A DNA stretch of 64,000 bases. Origin: Nageia nagi (lineage: Eukaryota > Plantae > Pinophyta). The position numbers were made by a program, and so were the translations under genes. The notes under the pieces are model-generated. The model was not told the DNA's origin, did no database searches, and saw only the letters and a list, made by a program, of their open reading frames with translations. The stretch spans positions 197,966,001 through 198,030,000 of the forward strand of contig JBITNC010000001.1 in assembly GCA_050084985.1 (NCBI GenBank). The letters are read 5' to 3'. Below are positions 15,301-29,743 of the stretch, piece after piece. The first letter of the stretch is position 1; every line of letters begins with the position of its first letter.

Positions 15301-16939
15301 CATATTTGTAATTGTGCGAAGCTCAAAATAAAATATTTTTGTTGAATTTTATAAAAATTCTAATTTGGAATTATTAGATCTTGCATGTGTACATTATTAT
15401 GAATTCTCAGATAACAATGAAAGAACAAATTGCTTTAATGGATTATGGAAAATATTATATGTTGTAATCATAATGTTATGTTATATATTATGTGCTACAT
15501 TCATTATATGTTGTGTTTTATGTGCTACAATCATAAATTTCTTGTTGTATATCCATGGTATGTTGTATTTAGAAATCATGGATCTAAAATAAGTGTAGGA
15601 GCAAATATCCAAATTTGATGGATTTTAAAAATGGATAAAAGAAATGGAAAAGTTGATCATGCTAGTCCTCCAAAATCTATAGAGCCTTTATCTAAAAATA
15701 TATTAATTGAGCCATGCATTGATGCACCAATAAAAGAGCAACATTGGATCCAAAATCATTATATAGGTACAATTGATCCCCTTGATTAATTCTTAGAAAA
15801 ATGTTTTTAAAAATCATAAATAGAAAATAATAAAGAAGAAGCTAATCAAATTGGTAATTATGATGAATTGGAATTAATTGATATTGATAAGGAAGATGAA
15901 AAAATGGATAATCGAATTTGTTTTTTTGATAAATCAGATAAGCAACAAGATTAGTCAATGTAAAAATTCAAAACAAAAAGAGAGGAATTCCATAATATTC
16001 TAGATAACGATGTATTCATGAGAGCATTCAAAATTGAAAACTAACAAATGATTAATTCTTTTGAAAAGATTTTTTAGAAGCAAAGACAAGATAGGAAAAG
16101 TCTATTTGCATGTTTAAGAGAAGAATATAAAAATATAATGAAAGTGCCAAATATGATCCTTTAGAGACAATGATGTAGAAAATAAAATGGTCGTATAAAG
16201 AATATAAAATAAAAATAGAAGCATTAAATAAAGTTTTGTAGAAATTCATTGCAAAGTGAAAGTATCAAGCAAAAGGAAAAATAAATTGATAGAAAAAAGC
16301 AAGGAAAAAAGTGGATTACAAATAATATTCAAAATAGTGGAAAGGTTTATGGACTTATTTGGATAGATGGGGATGGTTGAACCATCCCATGGTAGCTCAT
16401 GTATTTCTTTTCCATTTCATGTAGGATAGGATTGCATGGACATTCTTAGTTGCATTTATTGCGTATCATACAGTGTTATTCATATTATACATTTCTTTTG
16501 GTTTGAATTCATTTTGTGTTATGTTCAAGTGTATTGCATAATTTGAGCTTATCCCTACAATAATAATGATTTGTTGTGTGTCATTGTCCTATGTTGGGGA
16601 AAAAGTTTGGTTGGTTATTTCACAATTATGAGAAAGATTTTTAATTTTCATATAAATTCAAAATATATGAACTAATTATTTTGTGCAAGAATTAAGATAT
16701 AATTTCAAGAATAATAAAAAGTATAAAAAGTTATCAGTTGTGAAAATAGCAAGGAAAATAGGTTTGAAGAAATTAAACTTATATATTAATGTTTTTGGTT
16801 GACCAAAAACATTATCAATGGGAATGTTAAAAAGTACATTTAAGAAGAGTAAGGGAGAACCTAAAGTGGTTTAAATTTGTAACACTGAGAAGTAGACAAA
16901 ACAAGTTTCAAGTACAACAAATGTGAGTGAGGCAAAAAG

Positions 16940-17600
16940 TTTACTTATGTAGATTCAAGGGTATCCTCTAGCATTTAAGGTTAGAAAGAAGCTCATGATA
17001 TCAAGCAACAAGACAAAGTAACCCTAGTGGGTTTAGCAATAATGTGTTGATGGATAATCCTTGTATATTCTTCAAGTATCATGTGATACTTTCAATTTGT
17101 ATTTTCCTACAAGTGAAGATAAGATGTAATAAGTTTGGAACTCATTGTACTATAATCTCTATTGATGATCACTTTCTATCTTATGCATATATGAATAATA
17201 AATGGAATTAACCTTGAATTTCATAGTATATGGGGTAAATTAATATACAATTCTCTTTAATATAGGATTCCATGTTGCATAGTTTTCAAATACACATTGG
17301 TCTTTAAGGATATAGTGATATCTTTTGATATAGAGCTAGTGTGAGTAAATCCTTAACTATCCAAGAGGTAAATAGAAACCATGTTATATGTGCACTTTTA
17401 TATAATCAGAGATGATAATAGCACCATTCTCTAGTATCATGTAAACCTAAAGATAATGGAATATGTTTAACAATATTTTTAGTTCAATCCAAGTTATTCT
17501 TAAGTAACATGAGTATATTTCTTTCCCGATCCTTTTGTTGATATTTTTAGTAGTAGCATTAGAGGTCACATTTGAGAGATGAGAGGGAGGTATTTGATTG
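16940..17600 (+). mobile_element. Possible very degenerate copia RT/RNase H remnant with PPT-like tract
   Basis: Weak remnants (GYSD-like at ~17307; purine tract GAGAGGGAGG at 17581); no open frame. Confidence 0.3.
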
Positions 17601-18059
17601 ATATCTAAGCCTATGAATTTTAGAAGAGAGGTAGATTTTGAGTACCAACACTAATGAATGTCTTTAATTGCAAGTTACATTGAGGATTTGAGTGCTAATA
17701 GAGGTTATATATTTGAGTCAAGAGTTGTTGAAATGATGTGATGGATCTTATTCAAAATCCTACTAAAATGAAACATTGCGAGATAACATGGATTATGCAT
17801 CAAATTCAACTAGAATGATGGATAGTTCTTTTTTCCTAAATAAATATTGATATAATATTAATCAAAATCCTCTGAATGCAAGCCCAACCAAAGTGTCTCA
17901 AGCTAGGTCCCCAAACTTCATATCCATAAAGTAGGGTTGGAGAGAGAAAAGAATGGAAGATTTTAATGTTTGCTATGATATATTGGAAATAAAATTGAAA
18001 ATATTATCTCTTGATGTGATAATTACAATATGATGGAATTGAATGGTTCTATAATGAAT

Positions 18060-19211
18060 ATCACCTTATTAACCATTGCACAAAGGTATGACATACATCA
18101 CCTTTTTACCCAAGGGGAACGCACATGAGATGGAGTGTAGGACAAGTTACATTATCATATTCATTAAATACATAATGTATCTAGGGATACCCTTAACTAT
18201 TAAGTAAATTACATTAAGATACCTTACAATAATACATTATAAATTCTAACACTCCCCCTTAATACAATATTGGGGTAGAGAATAGAGAAGACAAAGAGAG
18301 AAAGAGTAAGAGAGTTCTCCTCCATAAGAATACAAGTGGAGATGAGAACTTGTAAGAAAGTAATAGAATTTATATGGTTCTACAAGGCTCAATTACTTAA
18401 CCATTTTAACAAATTATTTACAATACAATAATTAACCATAAACAGTTTCAATGTACAAGTAGTAGTTAGCCAACAAGTTGACATGATGAGCCTTCAAGAG
18501 ACTACATAGCTAAAGTAAGTAACTTACAATATCTAGAAGAAACCTCTAAGCTACCAGTAGCTTCTAACAAAACTAGTAATATACATCATTACACAATATC
18601 AAATATGATGTATATCATTAACTATAATATCTAATAATATCACATGTTCATACTAACAAGTCCTTATATATCATATGTGCAATGTGCATTATCAACCAAG
18701 TGATACATAAAAGCATTATCAAACAAGGATATATGAAATATCCACAAGTGCACAAAATGTGCACAACATGATCACCAATCATAATTTAAAAAACAAAATT
18801 GATTTTTACTTTTTTTATATCATTATTTGAGTTTATTTTTTGGTATGAAGGTATCATCGTATCATAACATGAACTCTCCTACAAATTTTTAAGAATTCTT
18901 TTACAAGACTCCTACAAGATCATTCCTATAACTCTACAAGACTAGCATTTTCATGTTTCTCCAAGTGTGTAATCTCAAAGAGAGTTACCTCTATTTATAG
19001 GCCAAAATCTTCCCTTGGATCACCCTATTAACCATTATACAAATTCATGACATGCATCACCTTTTTTACCCAAGGGACATGCACGTGATATGTAGTGTAG
19101 GATAAGTTATATTATCATATTCACTAAATACTTAAAGTATATAGAGATATCCTTAAGTATTAAGTGAATTACATTAATATATATTACAATAATGCATTAT
19201 AAATTCTAATA
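18060..19211 (-). mobile_element. Small non-coding LTR element (TRIM-like or internally deleted copia), related to the 37647-47901 element
   Basis: Two direct LTR copies starting T(G/A)TTAGAATTTATAATG on - at 19211 and 18251; PPT AAGGGGGAG at 18252-18260 on -; shares TGTTAGAATTT, CCCTTGGGT(T)AAA and TATAAATAGAGG with LTR 37647-38147; internal 18418-18560 resembles 38255-38400. Confidence 0.75.
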
Positions 19212-19379
19212 CAATATTAATTTTATTTAATTTCTTCTTTGAGGTTAGTATCAAGCTAAAAGTTTGTGAAGAGTATACCCAAACAGGTGTAGGAAATGAT
19301 TTTCTTGATAGGTTATCCTTGAAAAGTAAGTGGATTTTAGTTACATTTTTTATTAAAATATTAAAGGACATCACCTTGA

Positions 19380-21300
19380 TCTTTTTAAGAATAACTTTGA
19401 GATCATGACTAGCACAGAAGGTACTCCAGGTATCAACTGAATATTAAAGCCCAACTATTATATGAGATAACAAAATAATATCATAAACAAAGAGAAAAAT
19501 TGAGACAATGAAATCATATAAAAATAAACCTATACTTGGGCCTAAGGTATTTGAAATAAACTATTCAAATTCATTAATATGCATCCCAAATAGAGTAAGT
19601 GAGAGGATGCAATCTTATTTTTCCCTAACAATGCTATAGACCATATTGAATAAGTGAGAGAAAAGTCAGACTTGGCCAACTACTTGTTCATATATTGTAA
19701 TGAAAATGGATATGATATCTCAAGGGATCCCTAGGTTCTCAAGTATCTAGAATATGAGACATCTAGGGATAATATTAACAAAGCTAGATATAAACTCACC
19801 AAGAGTCATAGAAAAGACTTGTCCTAACGTATGGCCAACCATAATCACTTTGTACTTGTTAGGATTGAGAGAGGAAATGGATTTGTAAATGAATGAGAAT
19901 ATATGTAATTGAATATTTTAACAAAATGGGCACCCAAAATTGTAAGAATGTATTTAAGGAATTCAAAACTTCATTTTTAAAGTCATTAGTTTTACCAGTT
20001 TGGATTTTGTATATAGCTTAGAGAACCATTTTACCAGTGAAGAAATAAAGAGGATGTGGTTAAGGAATGGGAATAATTGAGGGTTGATTCAGGAAACTAT
20101 AGAGAGTAGAGGCATAAATGGATTAAACATGTAGGTCATTAATAAAGCACATGAGAGACTTAAAGAGAAAGAGTGGTCAAAAGTTCTTGCATTCATCTTT
20201 AGCATATTGATATTTTTTAATCTTTTCACATTAGTATATTAACTCCTCTCTTTTTTGAGTAGGTTACAATAATTTTTTTGGGACTCTGTATCCATAAAGG
20301 ATTTTATTTACATAGCAAAGAGAGTGAGTTTATGGAGGGTCTTGCATTCATTATCAAACTTGAGTTACGAGGATTATGGTTATGGTATGGGTGAGAGGAT
20401 GGGGTTTTATGGTATGAGGCAAGGATTAAATAACAACTAACTAAAGGGATTTAAAGAAAAGATCCACCTACAAGATGGGTTATTATATATGGTGAAGGCT
20501 GATGATATATTTATTTAGGATTTCAGTGTAAATATGGTTAAGATTATGGTTAAAGTGAATATGTGAGGTAGTAGAATAAAAAGATAGGGTGTGTATGGGG
20601 AGGTGTATGGTAAGTGGAATGTTAAGGGTGACATAAGCATTAATAGATAGGGGTGAAGTATCAAAGATACTAAAATCAATGATAGATAACAAAAGGGGGA
20701 TATTACCTAGTACATAATCAACCACACTAATTCCACCACCAAAAAGGAAATAAGTAAAATAACTATACAAAGGGAATTAATAAATCTCATTTAGGATGAT
20801 CAAATAATGTACTTCACCCAAGTTCAGTAGGTATTTTTCTATAAGGTATGACATTTCAATGACATCATCTGAATATTGTGTTAGGCCTAAGTCATTGACA
20901 TAAGTCTCTAACAAATGAAGAGGATTTGAAGTAATATCATGTAAGTGGAATTGAGATATGTTTATTCATACATTGAAGTCCCCTACTAGCATGATATCAT
21001 CTAAGAAAAAAATCTAAATATCTCAAGATAAAGATCTACGTAGGGTGAGTCCTTGTCATCTATTATAGAATGCGATGAGTAAGAAGGAAGAAAATAACAT
21101 ATAATTTAAAGATGTTGGTATGTTGGATTCCTATCAAGAGATATTCGTATGTATCTAACATGAAGAGCTGAGGTTTCTAAGTAAATGCATGACATCAAGT
21201 TCTAATTATATAACCAAGAAACACCTTTAGAGCATTTGATACCTTGATGATTCTCCAATTTATAAGCAAACAATCAAGAATAACTTGTATAGGGTGGCAA
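19380..21300 (-). mobile_element. Degenerate non-LTR retrotransposon (LINE) ORF2: APE endonuclease plus RT remnants
   Basis: DIMLVGDFN at ~20973-20999; ORF 20483-20770 SVVDYVLGN...SPLS (APE C-terminal motif); NPNKYKVIMVGHTLGQVF at ~19815-19866; LFVYDIIL (degenerate YADD motif) at ~19470-19495. Confidence 0.7.
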
Positions 21301-22925
21301 TAGTATCATTTGTATTTCATATTTTTTGATGAGAAGGATGAGATCCTTATCACTAATTACATTACTTAATGAACCTAGAGAAAACAAATAGCCACCACTA
21401 TTCTACATGCAATTTTGATATGAGATGAAAGACCTAATGCCTCATATCATGTCGATGTGGGCCAAGGTTTAGTCTATTATGAAGGAGGACTATCATGTAT
21501 CCAAAATCTATTGCTTTGAAGAATAAACCATTTTCCTTATTTTATAGATTCAATCATTGTATTTTTATTAGCTTTGAGTTAGTCATATTGTATTCGAGTT
21601 AGGTCTTGATCAAGGAATACTTTATTTGGGACACATAATAGTTTCCTCTTGGCTCGTAGAGCTTGTAGGTGTTCCCTTGCTAAATGGAAATTAAAAAATA
21701 AGAGTCTTATTTGACATATTCCAAGCCTTGTTAAAGGTGATATTTTTCATATCCAAGGTATCACATAGGAAAACATGGCCATAATGTAATGGGTTAGTTA
21801 TTTTGGAAGATTGAGTTCCTTGGTGTGGTGCATCTTTTCCTCCTCAAACTTACATGTATTACCATTTCAACAATTGTTGGAGCTTTCTTTCCTTTAACAA
21901 CCTATACCCTTAGGTTTTGATCTTCTACTTATTTCTAGTTAGTTTAATGTTGGGTAATGTTGTCTTGCTTGAGATGTTTGTATTGTGAAAGAATATTAGG
22001 GTATTGAGTTTTGCGTTCAAAAATCATACCTTGGACTATTGTAGAATCTCTGTAGTAGGATGAAATTAAGAGTTTTTGAGTTAGTTCATTCTATCTTTTG
22101 ATTCTATGATACAAGCCTCATTATAATCCAAATGTTATTTATATTTTATCTTTGAGATAAGTTTTTCTAGTTCCAAGATTTTCTCTACCTTTGTGGCTAT
22201 GATAATTCCTTAGTCTTGAATTGTTAGAGAGAGATTAATGGTTAATGGATCAAGCAAGTCAATTATCTATTTGAATAACTTTTTAAGGCCATCCATCCCA
22301 TTCATGATAAGATTCTCAATATTTGAAGTGAGTTTTTTTTCCATAAGATTCAAGTTGTTTATGGGATCAACATCTTTGATTGTATTTTTAGGGGACGCAT
22401 ATCAGTTTCAAGGAGTTAAGAGACATTTCCAACATTAACACACTTTAATCCCTTGATACTTGATTGAAAATAGCTCTTGATCACACAATAAAAAGGTAGC
22501 AACCCCAAAGTAAGGAAAAAGTTAAAAAGACACTTCAAAATAAGAAAGTAAGATCTTTACAAAGTCACTTGAAAAAAGGAAAAGAGAATCCATTTTAAAT
22601 AAAAAAAAAATATAAGAATTGATACTTAAATTTATATTTAAAATGTTCAAGAGAGAACACCATTTGTTGCTTTTCCTTATGTATTTTGCATTTTTGTTTC
22701 AATTCTAAAATTGAATAAAATAAAATAAAGGTTTAACAAAGAAAAATAAGTGGAGTTCCATGGAGGTAGAGCCAATATAGAAAGTCTAAAAGGTCAAAGG
22801 GGGATAGGGGGACTCACAAGAACATGTGGGTAGACAAAGTCTCGAATAGGACAAATGGAGATGATCAATAGTAAAAGGTGATCAATGTTGGGACTTTAGG
22901 AGACTATATACCTTTGTGAAGTATA

Positions 22926-23103
22926 AAATCCCTAAAATGCATGAGTGGGTGAGGAAACACCTTAAATGTGTTTGTGGATGAGGAAATCCTAGAATACTTT
23001 ATTTGGGTGAAGAAACCCCTAAAATTCTTAAGTGGGTGAAAAAAACCTTAAAACTCTTATGAGGGTGAAGAAAAGACCTAAAACTCATATGTGGATGAGG
23101 AAA
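22926..23103. repeat. Tandem repeat, ~6 units of 29-30 bp (AAACCCTAAAA...GTGGGTGAGG)
   Basis: GTGG(G/A)TGA(G/A)GAAA recurs with ~29-bp spacing. Confidence 0.75.
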
Positions 23104-26100
23104 GCCTTGATAAAATTACTTTGAGGCTTTAAGGCCCACACGTAATTCATTCGCATGAGATAGGTAGGACATTGATGCGCAACAATGATTTGCAAAACAA
23201 AAGCATAGGGACAACATCTAAACAACTATTTTTTGGTTTAGTCAAATCTTAGTGACCATGTCCTAGCCAAAGGAAATAAGAACACATGCAAACCACTCCT
23301 AAGTGAAACCGATCCAACAAACAAATATGCATATGCTCATATGCTTCCCAAAGAGAACCCATGATCATGATGCTAAAAAAAATTCTTAGATGTTCATCAA
23401 TACTATGTTGAGGTGTTCACTTGCTATGTTTAATTATCCTTATTGCCTTCATATTACAACTTCTCTTTTCTCTATGTTTGGATCCTCTTTTACTTTTGAT
23501 TATTTCCTATTTTTCAATTATTTTTAAATGAAACTTGTCTAAAAACTTGAAAAGTTTGGTTTTCTTATTTTTTAATAACTTTTTATTTTTTGGGAATTTT
23601 GAAAAATAAAATTATATGAAATCAATCTATAAATAATTCTTTACAAAATGAAAAATGATAAGTTTAGGTCCAATTATGAGTGTCGTAAACAAGCAATTTT
23701 CAAAATAACAATTAGGGCTAATAAAAAATTATTCATGAAAAAATTACTAAAAAAAAATCCTCATCAATATTCATTGTCTTAGGTATCTTTTCCCAAAAGG
23801 ATTTAAACAAAATACTTTAATTTAGGTCAAATTATGCGTGTTATACAAGTGTATGATATATTGATAAAATAATATATTTTAAATAGTGATTTTTATACAT
23901 GTCTATTAAAATTTAATTTCTCTTAGGTATTAATAAATTATATATTTGAAAACTAGACTCGGAGCACCACATTTTTATATTAGTGAACTTTTTCAAGATT
24001 CATCTCTAAGTGTTTCAAATTTTGAGATCAATTATGATCAAACTTAAAAATTAGGGAAAAAAGCTTTCACTTTTTGGCCATAAAGTGGACCCAACTTCTT
24101 GCATTAAACTATTACACATTTTGTAATTCTCATTATCAAATATGATCTGTGATTCTCATCACCACCTATCAAATTCAAATTTTATACCTTTTTGCTATCA
24201 CTACCTTTGTACTTTCATTATTATTGCTAGATTAGGTTATATCATAAGTTTAACAAACAATCAACTTTAAGTTTGGGCTAAGCTATTAAGGAAAAGATAT
24301 GTGATGACATATAATAGTAACAAATTATACATCGATACAACACAATGAGTGAAGAAAAACATCTAAACTTCAAGGAATATTGCTACAAAATAAAATCTAG
24401 CTTTGTTCCTTCAAGACTAGGTCCAAGTCACATTGTTCTTCATTGTGTGAGATTTAATTGTGATAAATTCATCCATTCATTTTATTATTTAATAGTTCTA
24501 ACATAGATATTATTAATTGAATAAAACCCATTTTTTAGTATCAACATATATCAATTATTTGATCTCAAATATCAATGACTCAAGAATAAAGAATGTATAT
24601 AAAAGAAAAGCAAACATGAACCCCACTAATCATTTGATCAAAACACAAAATCAATTCATTTATAAAGTAATACTTTTGAAAGTAGTTATAAGGTGCCTTC
24701 AATATTACCATTCACTTCTTACTCATAGCAGATTATTTGTAGTTAAGGCCAAAACAATCACCATTAATATGAAAAAGATGTACATTTTTTTAAAGAACTA
24801 TTAGATGCTTTTAATATCTCCAACTACCTCTTCTTATTTGCAAGAATATACCTCATAACAAAATAAGGAACCCATCACAAGCTTGATAAATATGTAATTT
24901 ACCATTAAAAATGGTCAACAAATAGATCAAGATACCCATCATAGGTATGGTGAAGATGTAATTCTATCAACAAGAATAATGAGAATATATAACGAACCCT
25001 TTATGGAGTCCAAAAGGGTTGAAATTTTAAATTCTCTAAGGAGAAACTTGCTTATGAACTATGACCTCAAGCCTAATTGAAAAAGAAAAGTTTTTTGGCT
25101 TAGTCTTAATACCTAGCCTTGTCTATATATTTTCTTCCATGTTCTTATCTATTTGGTGAAATTTGTACATTACATAAGTTAATTTTCATATTACAAGCCT
25201 TCTCTTATTTCCATTAGAATCATTTGTATAGAATACCTTAACATAACAAGGTATGATTATTGTCTACCCTATGTCTTGAATTAATTCAATTCTCTCTTTT
25301 TTTTGTAGTTTTTGGAACTATATTTATTATCTAAGGATTGATTATGCATTATAATTTTAGTGCATAGATAATGAATCTTTGATCTTCATGCATAATTTTC
25401 CCTAAATTAGGATTTCATTTTCAATTGCTGTACTCTACATACAGTGCAAGTATGAAATGCATCTAACTTCTACAATATATCATTGTTATATTAAAGTAAT
25501 AATAGCTTATGGCATGCATAAGGAGAACCAATAAACTCACCTAGAGTGAGAGTTCAATAAAGACCCCCATCTTGTTGATTAAGTAGAAACATTATGTAAT
25601 CACTTCAACTAACAACAACAATGAAAGAATAGAATTGCTCAAAGCATACAAGACCAAAATAAATCACTAGATCCACAACAAGAAAAAATTCTCAAAGCTT
25701 TGCTACCACCCCTTAAAGATACTAGTAAAAGAAGAGCACACCACCAATCTATGGTAGTATTGTAGACCACAAATCATTTAATATCCTTTTAAACCCAATT
25801 GGTTTCTAGGTCATCTAAATTTATCCACATATAAATATATATCAATTATGTATTTGAGTTATTGTTTCTACCAAAATTAAGATGCACAATAAAATTGGCA
25901 AGCTTATTCTAAACCCTATAATCACAAATTCCTCCAACTACACGAGACCATATTCCAACCTTTACATTAAAATCATTATTATTTTATACAACACGCAACT
26001 ACATCTATGAAAGACTTGCATCAATGAAAGTCAAATAATTTCAACATAAGCTATCATAAGCCTTGGTTCATAATTTAAAATGAATTTGTCAGTTTTTAGG

Positions 26101-28122
26101 CATGATCTAAATCTATTATTTAAAAGCATTAAATTCTAATATAACAATGCTTATGTAATCAAAGCATTGTAATTCCCTATTAGAAGCCTATAATATAGTT
26201 ATTAGCCTAAAAATAATTTTATTAAAATATGAAGATTTGCTCATAAGGTGCTAATTCCTTAATTTCCCAAAATATAGCTTCTCATTCAACCCATTCTAGA
26301 TGTTTAACCAATTTTTATTATAATTCCTATACAAAATTCTTTTCCTATTGTTATTCTTGAATATCATCCATATAATGAGCATAAGGAGGTCAAAAATCTA
26401 TTTAAATCTATTACTAATAAGGCCATAACCCTTAAAAGATAACAAAATACTCAAACTTTCATGCCTAATCCTTAAGATAATATAAACACTAGGTCTCCTC
26501 AAAATAATCAAAAATATCAACAACCGCATGTCAATCTAACAAATACCCAAACGAAAAATAAAATTCTTAAATAGCCTCTCTTGAAACTCCAACCACATTG
26601 CAATAGATCTTGAAAAATGCTATCAAAGCTATAGTTTCTTTATAAAAGAACTATGTTAATTATCGAAATGCATGCATTTATCATTACATTGATCCCTTCC
26701 CTTCAATCGTTTGTCCTATAGTTGAACCTCAAGAAAAATAGACTGGAATTATACATATAACAACATAGAGTCCTCCATCAAAGGAAGATCCATCAAGCAT
26801 TAAGAAAGTAATGATAATCTAGAATAAGGGCGAAGTCTATGTCATTGCAAATAATGTTGGTAGTGACACTTCTATACAATAGGTTATTACAAATAATGTT
26901 GCTAATGACACATCTACTAAAAGTAAGCCCCAAGTGCATTTGATTATATGACTAAGTCCAAATTAAAAGCAATCGACACTGACGAAGCCAAACCAAAATA
27001 TCCAAAAGCCTTATTAAAATGTTCCAATTGTAGCTAGTTCACGCAAAAATATGCCTCATGCCTAAATAGCTCACAAAATAAATGTTCCTCAAGCTACTAG
27101 ACAACAAGAGGATCACTTGGAGGTAACCAAAGATCAGTTATCCCAAAGTCAGTACTCAAATGGTACAATCAATTGGATCATTCAATGTAGTTGACCATAT
27201 AAAAAATCCACAATTGCATGCGCAAGTCAAGAAGGAAATGAAAACTATGCATTTGGACTACAAATTATTTATACCTCTTGTGTATTCATTTCAACATTGA
27301 CTGTCCATTATATATTACTAATAAACCTCGTATTTAGATATTATTAGCTTATTTCACATTCAACATAATAATAGCAAATGTAAATATGTATAAGATTGAA
27401 TATTGTCCAACCTTTACAAAGCGAGTGGACCTTTCAAAAGAAACATCATCTAATATATCTTTGGTTTGCTTGGGCTAAGAATCAATGAAGAATTTTATGT
27501 TAACAAGATATTTGCATGCATCATTAGAAACAAATATCCATTTGAACGACTAGGCACCCAACTGGATGCTTTTAAAATAGGATCAATTGTAGTAAGTGAT
27601 TGTCCCATAAAAATGAATCGTTTTTACATATTAAGACACTTCAAAAATCACATAATACAAATCCAGGAACAAACCCTTTCATATAAAAGATAAGATAAAC
27701 CATTGATGTCTTCCTTCCCTGTAGTTTGCAGAGGTGCAAACCATGATAACATTGCTTCAACCCCTAACTTGTTAACCCACACCAATATTAGAGAGTTCTC
27801 ATTTTCATGATTGTGATTACCAACATTATTACAAACAAATTTGCATTCAATACGCAGTCATGTGTGAGCAGCAAAATCAGTGTACATGCAAACTGCACTG
27901 TCAGGTAGTTTCCTGACATGTAAGTACGTGGAGAAGCAACAATACACAATTTGAATGCTCCCTTTACCCCACAAAATGCTAAAATGTTAAGATTTTCAAT
28001 AGAACTCACAGCAACATAGAAGGCTTATGCAGCAAATACCAATCTACTATGTATTGCCCACAATCTTGAACATATCCTGCACAGACTTAAGCATGACATT
28101 TTCATCTGGAACAGTACACAAT

Positions 28123-28353
28123 TCATTCATATGCATTACCTGGAAATGCTTCCTTTAACGAGCAAAGAGGTATCTGGATGTTCAGTTCATCTAAGCTTGG
28201 CCGATCTTGGATAATTAAGCAATACTCATTAGCTAAATGTAATAAGCAAATGAAACAAAGATGAACTGATATATCCTCGGCTGCAGCAGCTTGACAATTG
28301 GTAGGGAAATCGCTAAGAAGTCCCTTGAATGACATATCAGGCTTCTGTTTGTC
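28123..28353 (-). CDS. CAPH: CAP-H terminal coding exon (DKQKPDMSFKGLL...CFICLLHLANE...stop)
   Basis: Acceptor tttttttctggatag|GAC at 28354/28353, phase 0; kleisin C-terminal motif. Confidence 0.95.
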   Translation of the reverse strand, partial: DKQKPDMSFKGLLSDFPTNCQAAAAEDISVHLCFICLLHLANEYCLIIQDRPSLDELNIQIPLCSLKEAFPGNAYE

Positions 28354-29130
28354 CTATCCAGAAAAAAATGTATCCAATCAGCAACTAACACTAATGGAGA
28401 TAGTATGTCCATTGTTGAAATTTAGAAGTAGAATGAAACTCAAGGTAACAGTCAGAATGGTTTAATTGCACCTAGGTAACATGAATCAGGAAAAAGCTGG
28501 CAAAATAAAAGATTAGCTATTCATTACTTTCAGAAATAGCAGACAGTGGAGTGTACTCAACCAAATAAATGCCCAGAAATCAACCAAAGCCTTGTTACAA
28601 TACATATTGCCTGCCTAAAATTACCAAGATTCGATTTGCTATGAGCAATTAGAAGGGTTGAACACCAAGGAAAAACAATCTAAAACCTGTGAAATGTGTT
28701 ATTTCTCTGACCTGAAAATAAAATTGGTTTTTGCTGTATCGCAAAATGAAAAATATAGTTTCCATGAACATTTGCAAGCACCAGTTAAAGTACAGACTCT
28801 TTGATGGATTATAACCATACTTTGAGGAAACGTCCAAGATAGGAAATGAGTCATTTTTTAGCATTAAGCAAAGACAAAATTACCAAATTGGAAGAGTCAA
28901 CATCAGCAGGATCAGAGAATATTACAGGTAGGGAATGTTTAACAAACTCTTTGAAAGACGTTCACCAACGAATAGAGACAGACTTCAAAGATCAAAACTC
29001 TGATTTTCCAATTCTGGTGGCAGCTTTTTGAAAACTAAATGAGAGAATGGCCCTCCAGACCCTAGGAGCAGATCCTTTTGTAACACTGACTGATTGCTTA
29101 CATGTTCAAAATGGGCACTTAATAATAAAG

Positions 29131-29743
29131 TTATAAACCTTTAATTTCTATGAAAACAAAGATGCCTTTTTCTGCAATAATAATTTTATAATTTCAATGT
29201 AGTGTGTGAATGCTCAAACACAAATATGAGGACAAATAAGCACATGGGCTAGCAGTTATATCAACCAAAGATTACAGAGATTATGGAAAGAAAGACGTGT
29301 CATTCTCGCTATCATTCTAATTTTGGTGCTCTTGACAAAATGCATAAATAGAACAAGTTATTCGCCCTCAATAGCTGCTGTTTACATTGACGTCTCTGCC
29401 ATTGCAATTTAGGATTTTTACTTTGTTCTTGGATACTTATAAACCTCTAATTTCTACAAAAACAAAGCTACCCTGTTTCTGCAATAATAATTTTATAATT
29501 TCAATGTACTGTGAAAATGCTTAAACACAAGTACGAAGGCAAATAAGCACATGACCTGGCAGTTATATCCACCAATGATTACAGAGATAATGGAAAGAAA
29601 GAAATGTGACTTACACAATCATTATAATATTGGTACTCTTGACAAAATGCATAAATAAAACAAGTGATTCTCCCTCAATAGCTTCTGTTAACTTTGACGT
29701 CTTGGCCATTACAATTTAGCCTTTTAACTTTGTTCTCGGATAC
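29131..29743. repeat. Diverged tandem duplication of ~306 bp (29131-29436 and 29437-29743)
   Basis: Both copies begin TTATAAACCT, share GCAATAATAATTTTATAATTTCAATGTA and end ACTTTGTTCTYGGATAC. Confidence 0.9.

Noticed and set aside
9312-27693. Numerous 60-95-aa ORFs in the intergenic region
   Set aside because: They are low-complexity, AT-driven and lack recognisable motifs, except 20483-20770, which is a LINE endonuclease remnant.
28123-28335. Stand-alone 70-aa gene
   Set aside because: It is the terminal exon of CAP-H, with an in-frame acceptor at 28353.
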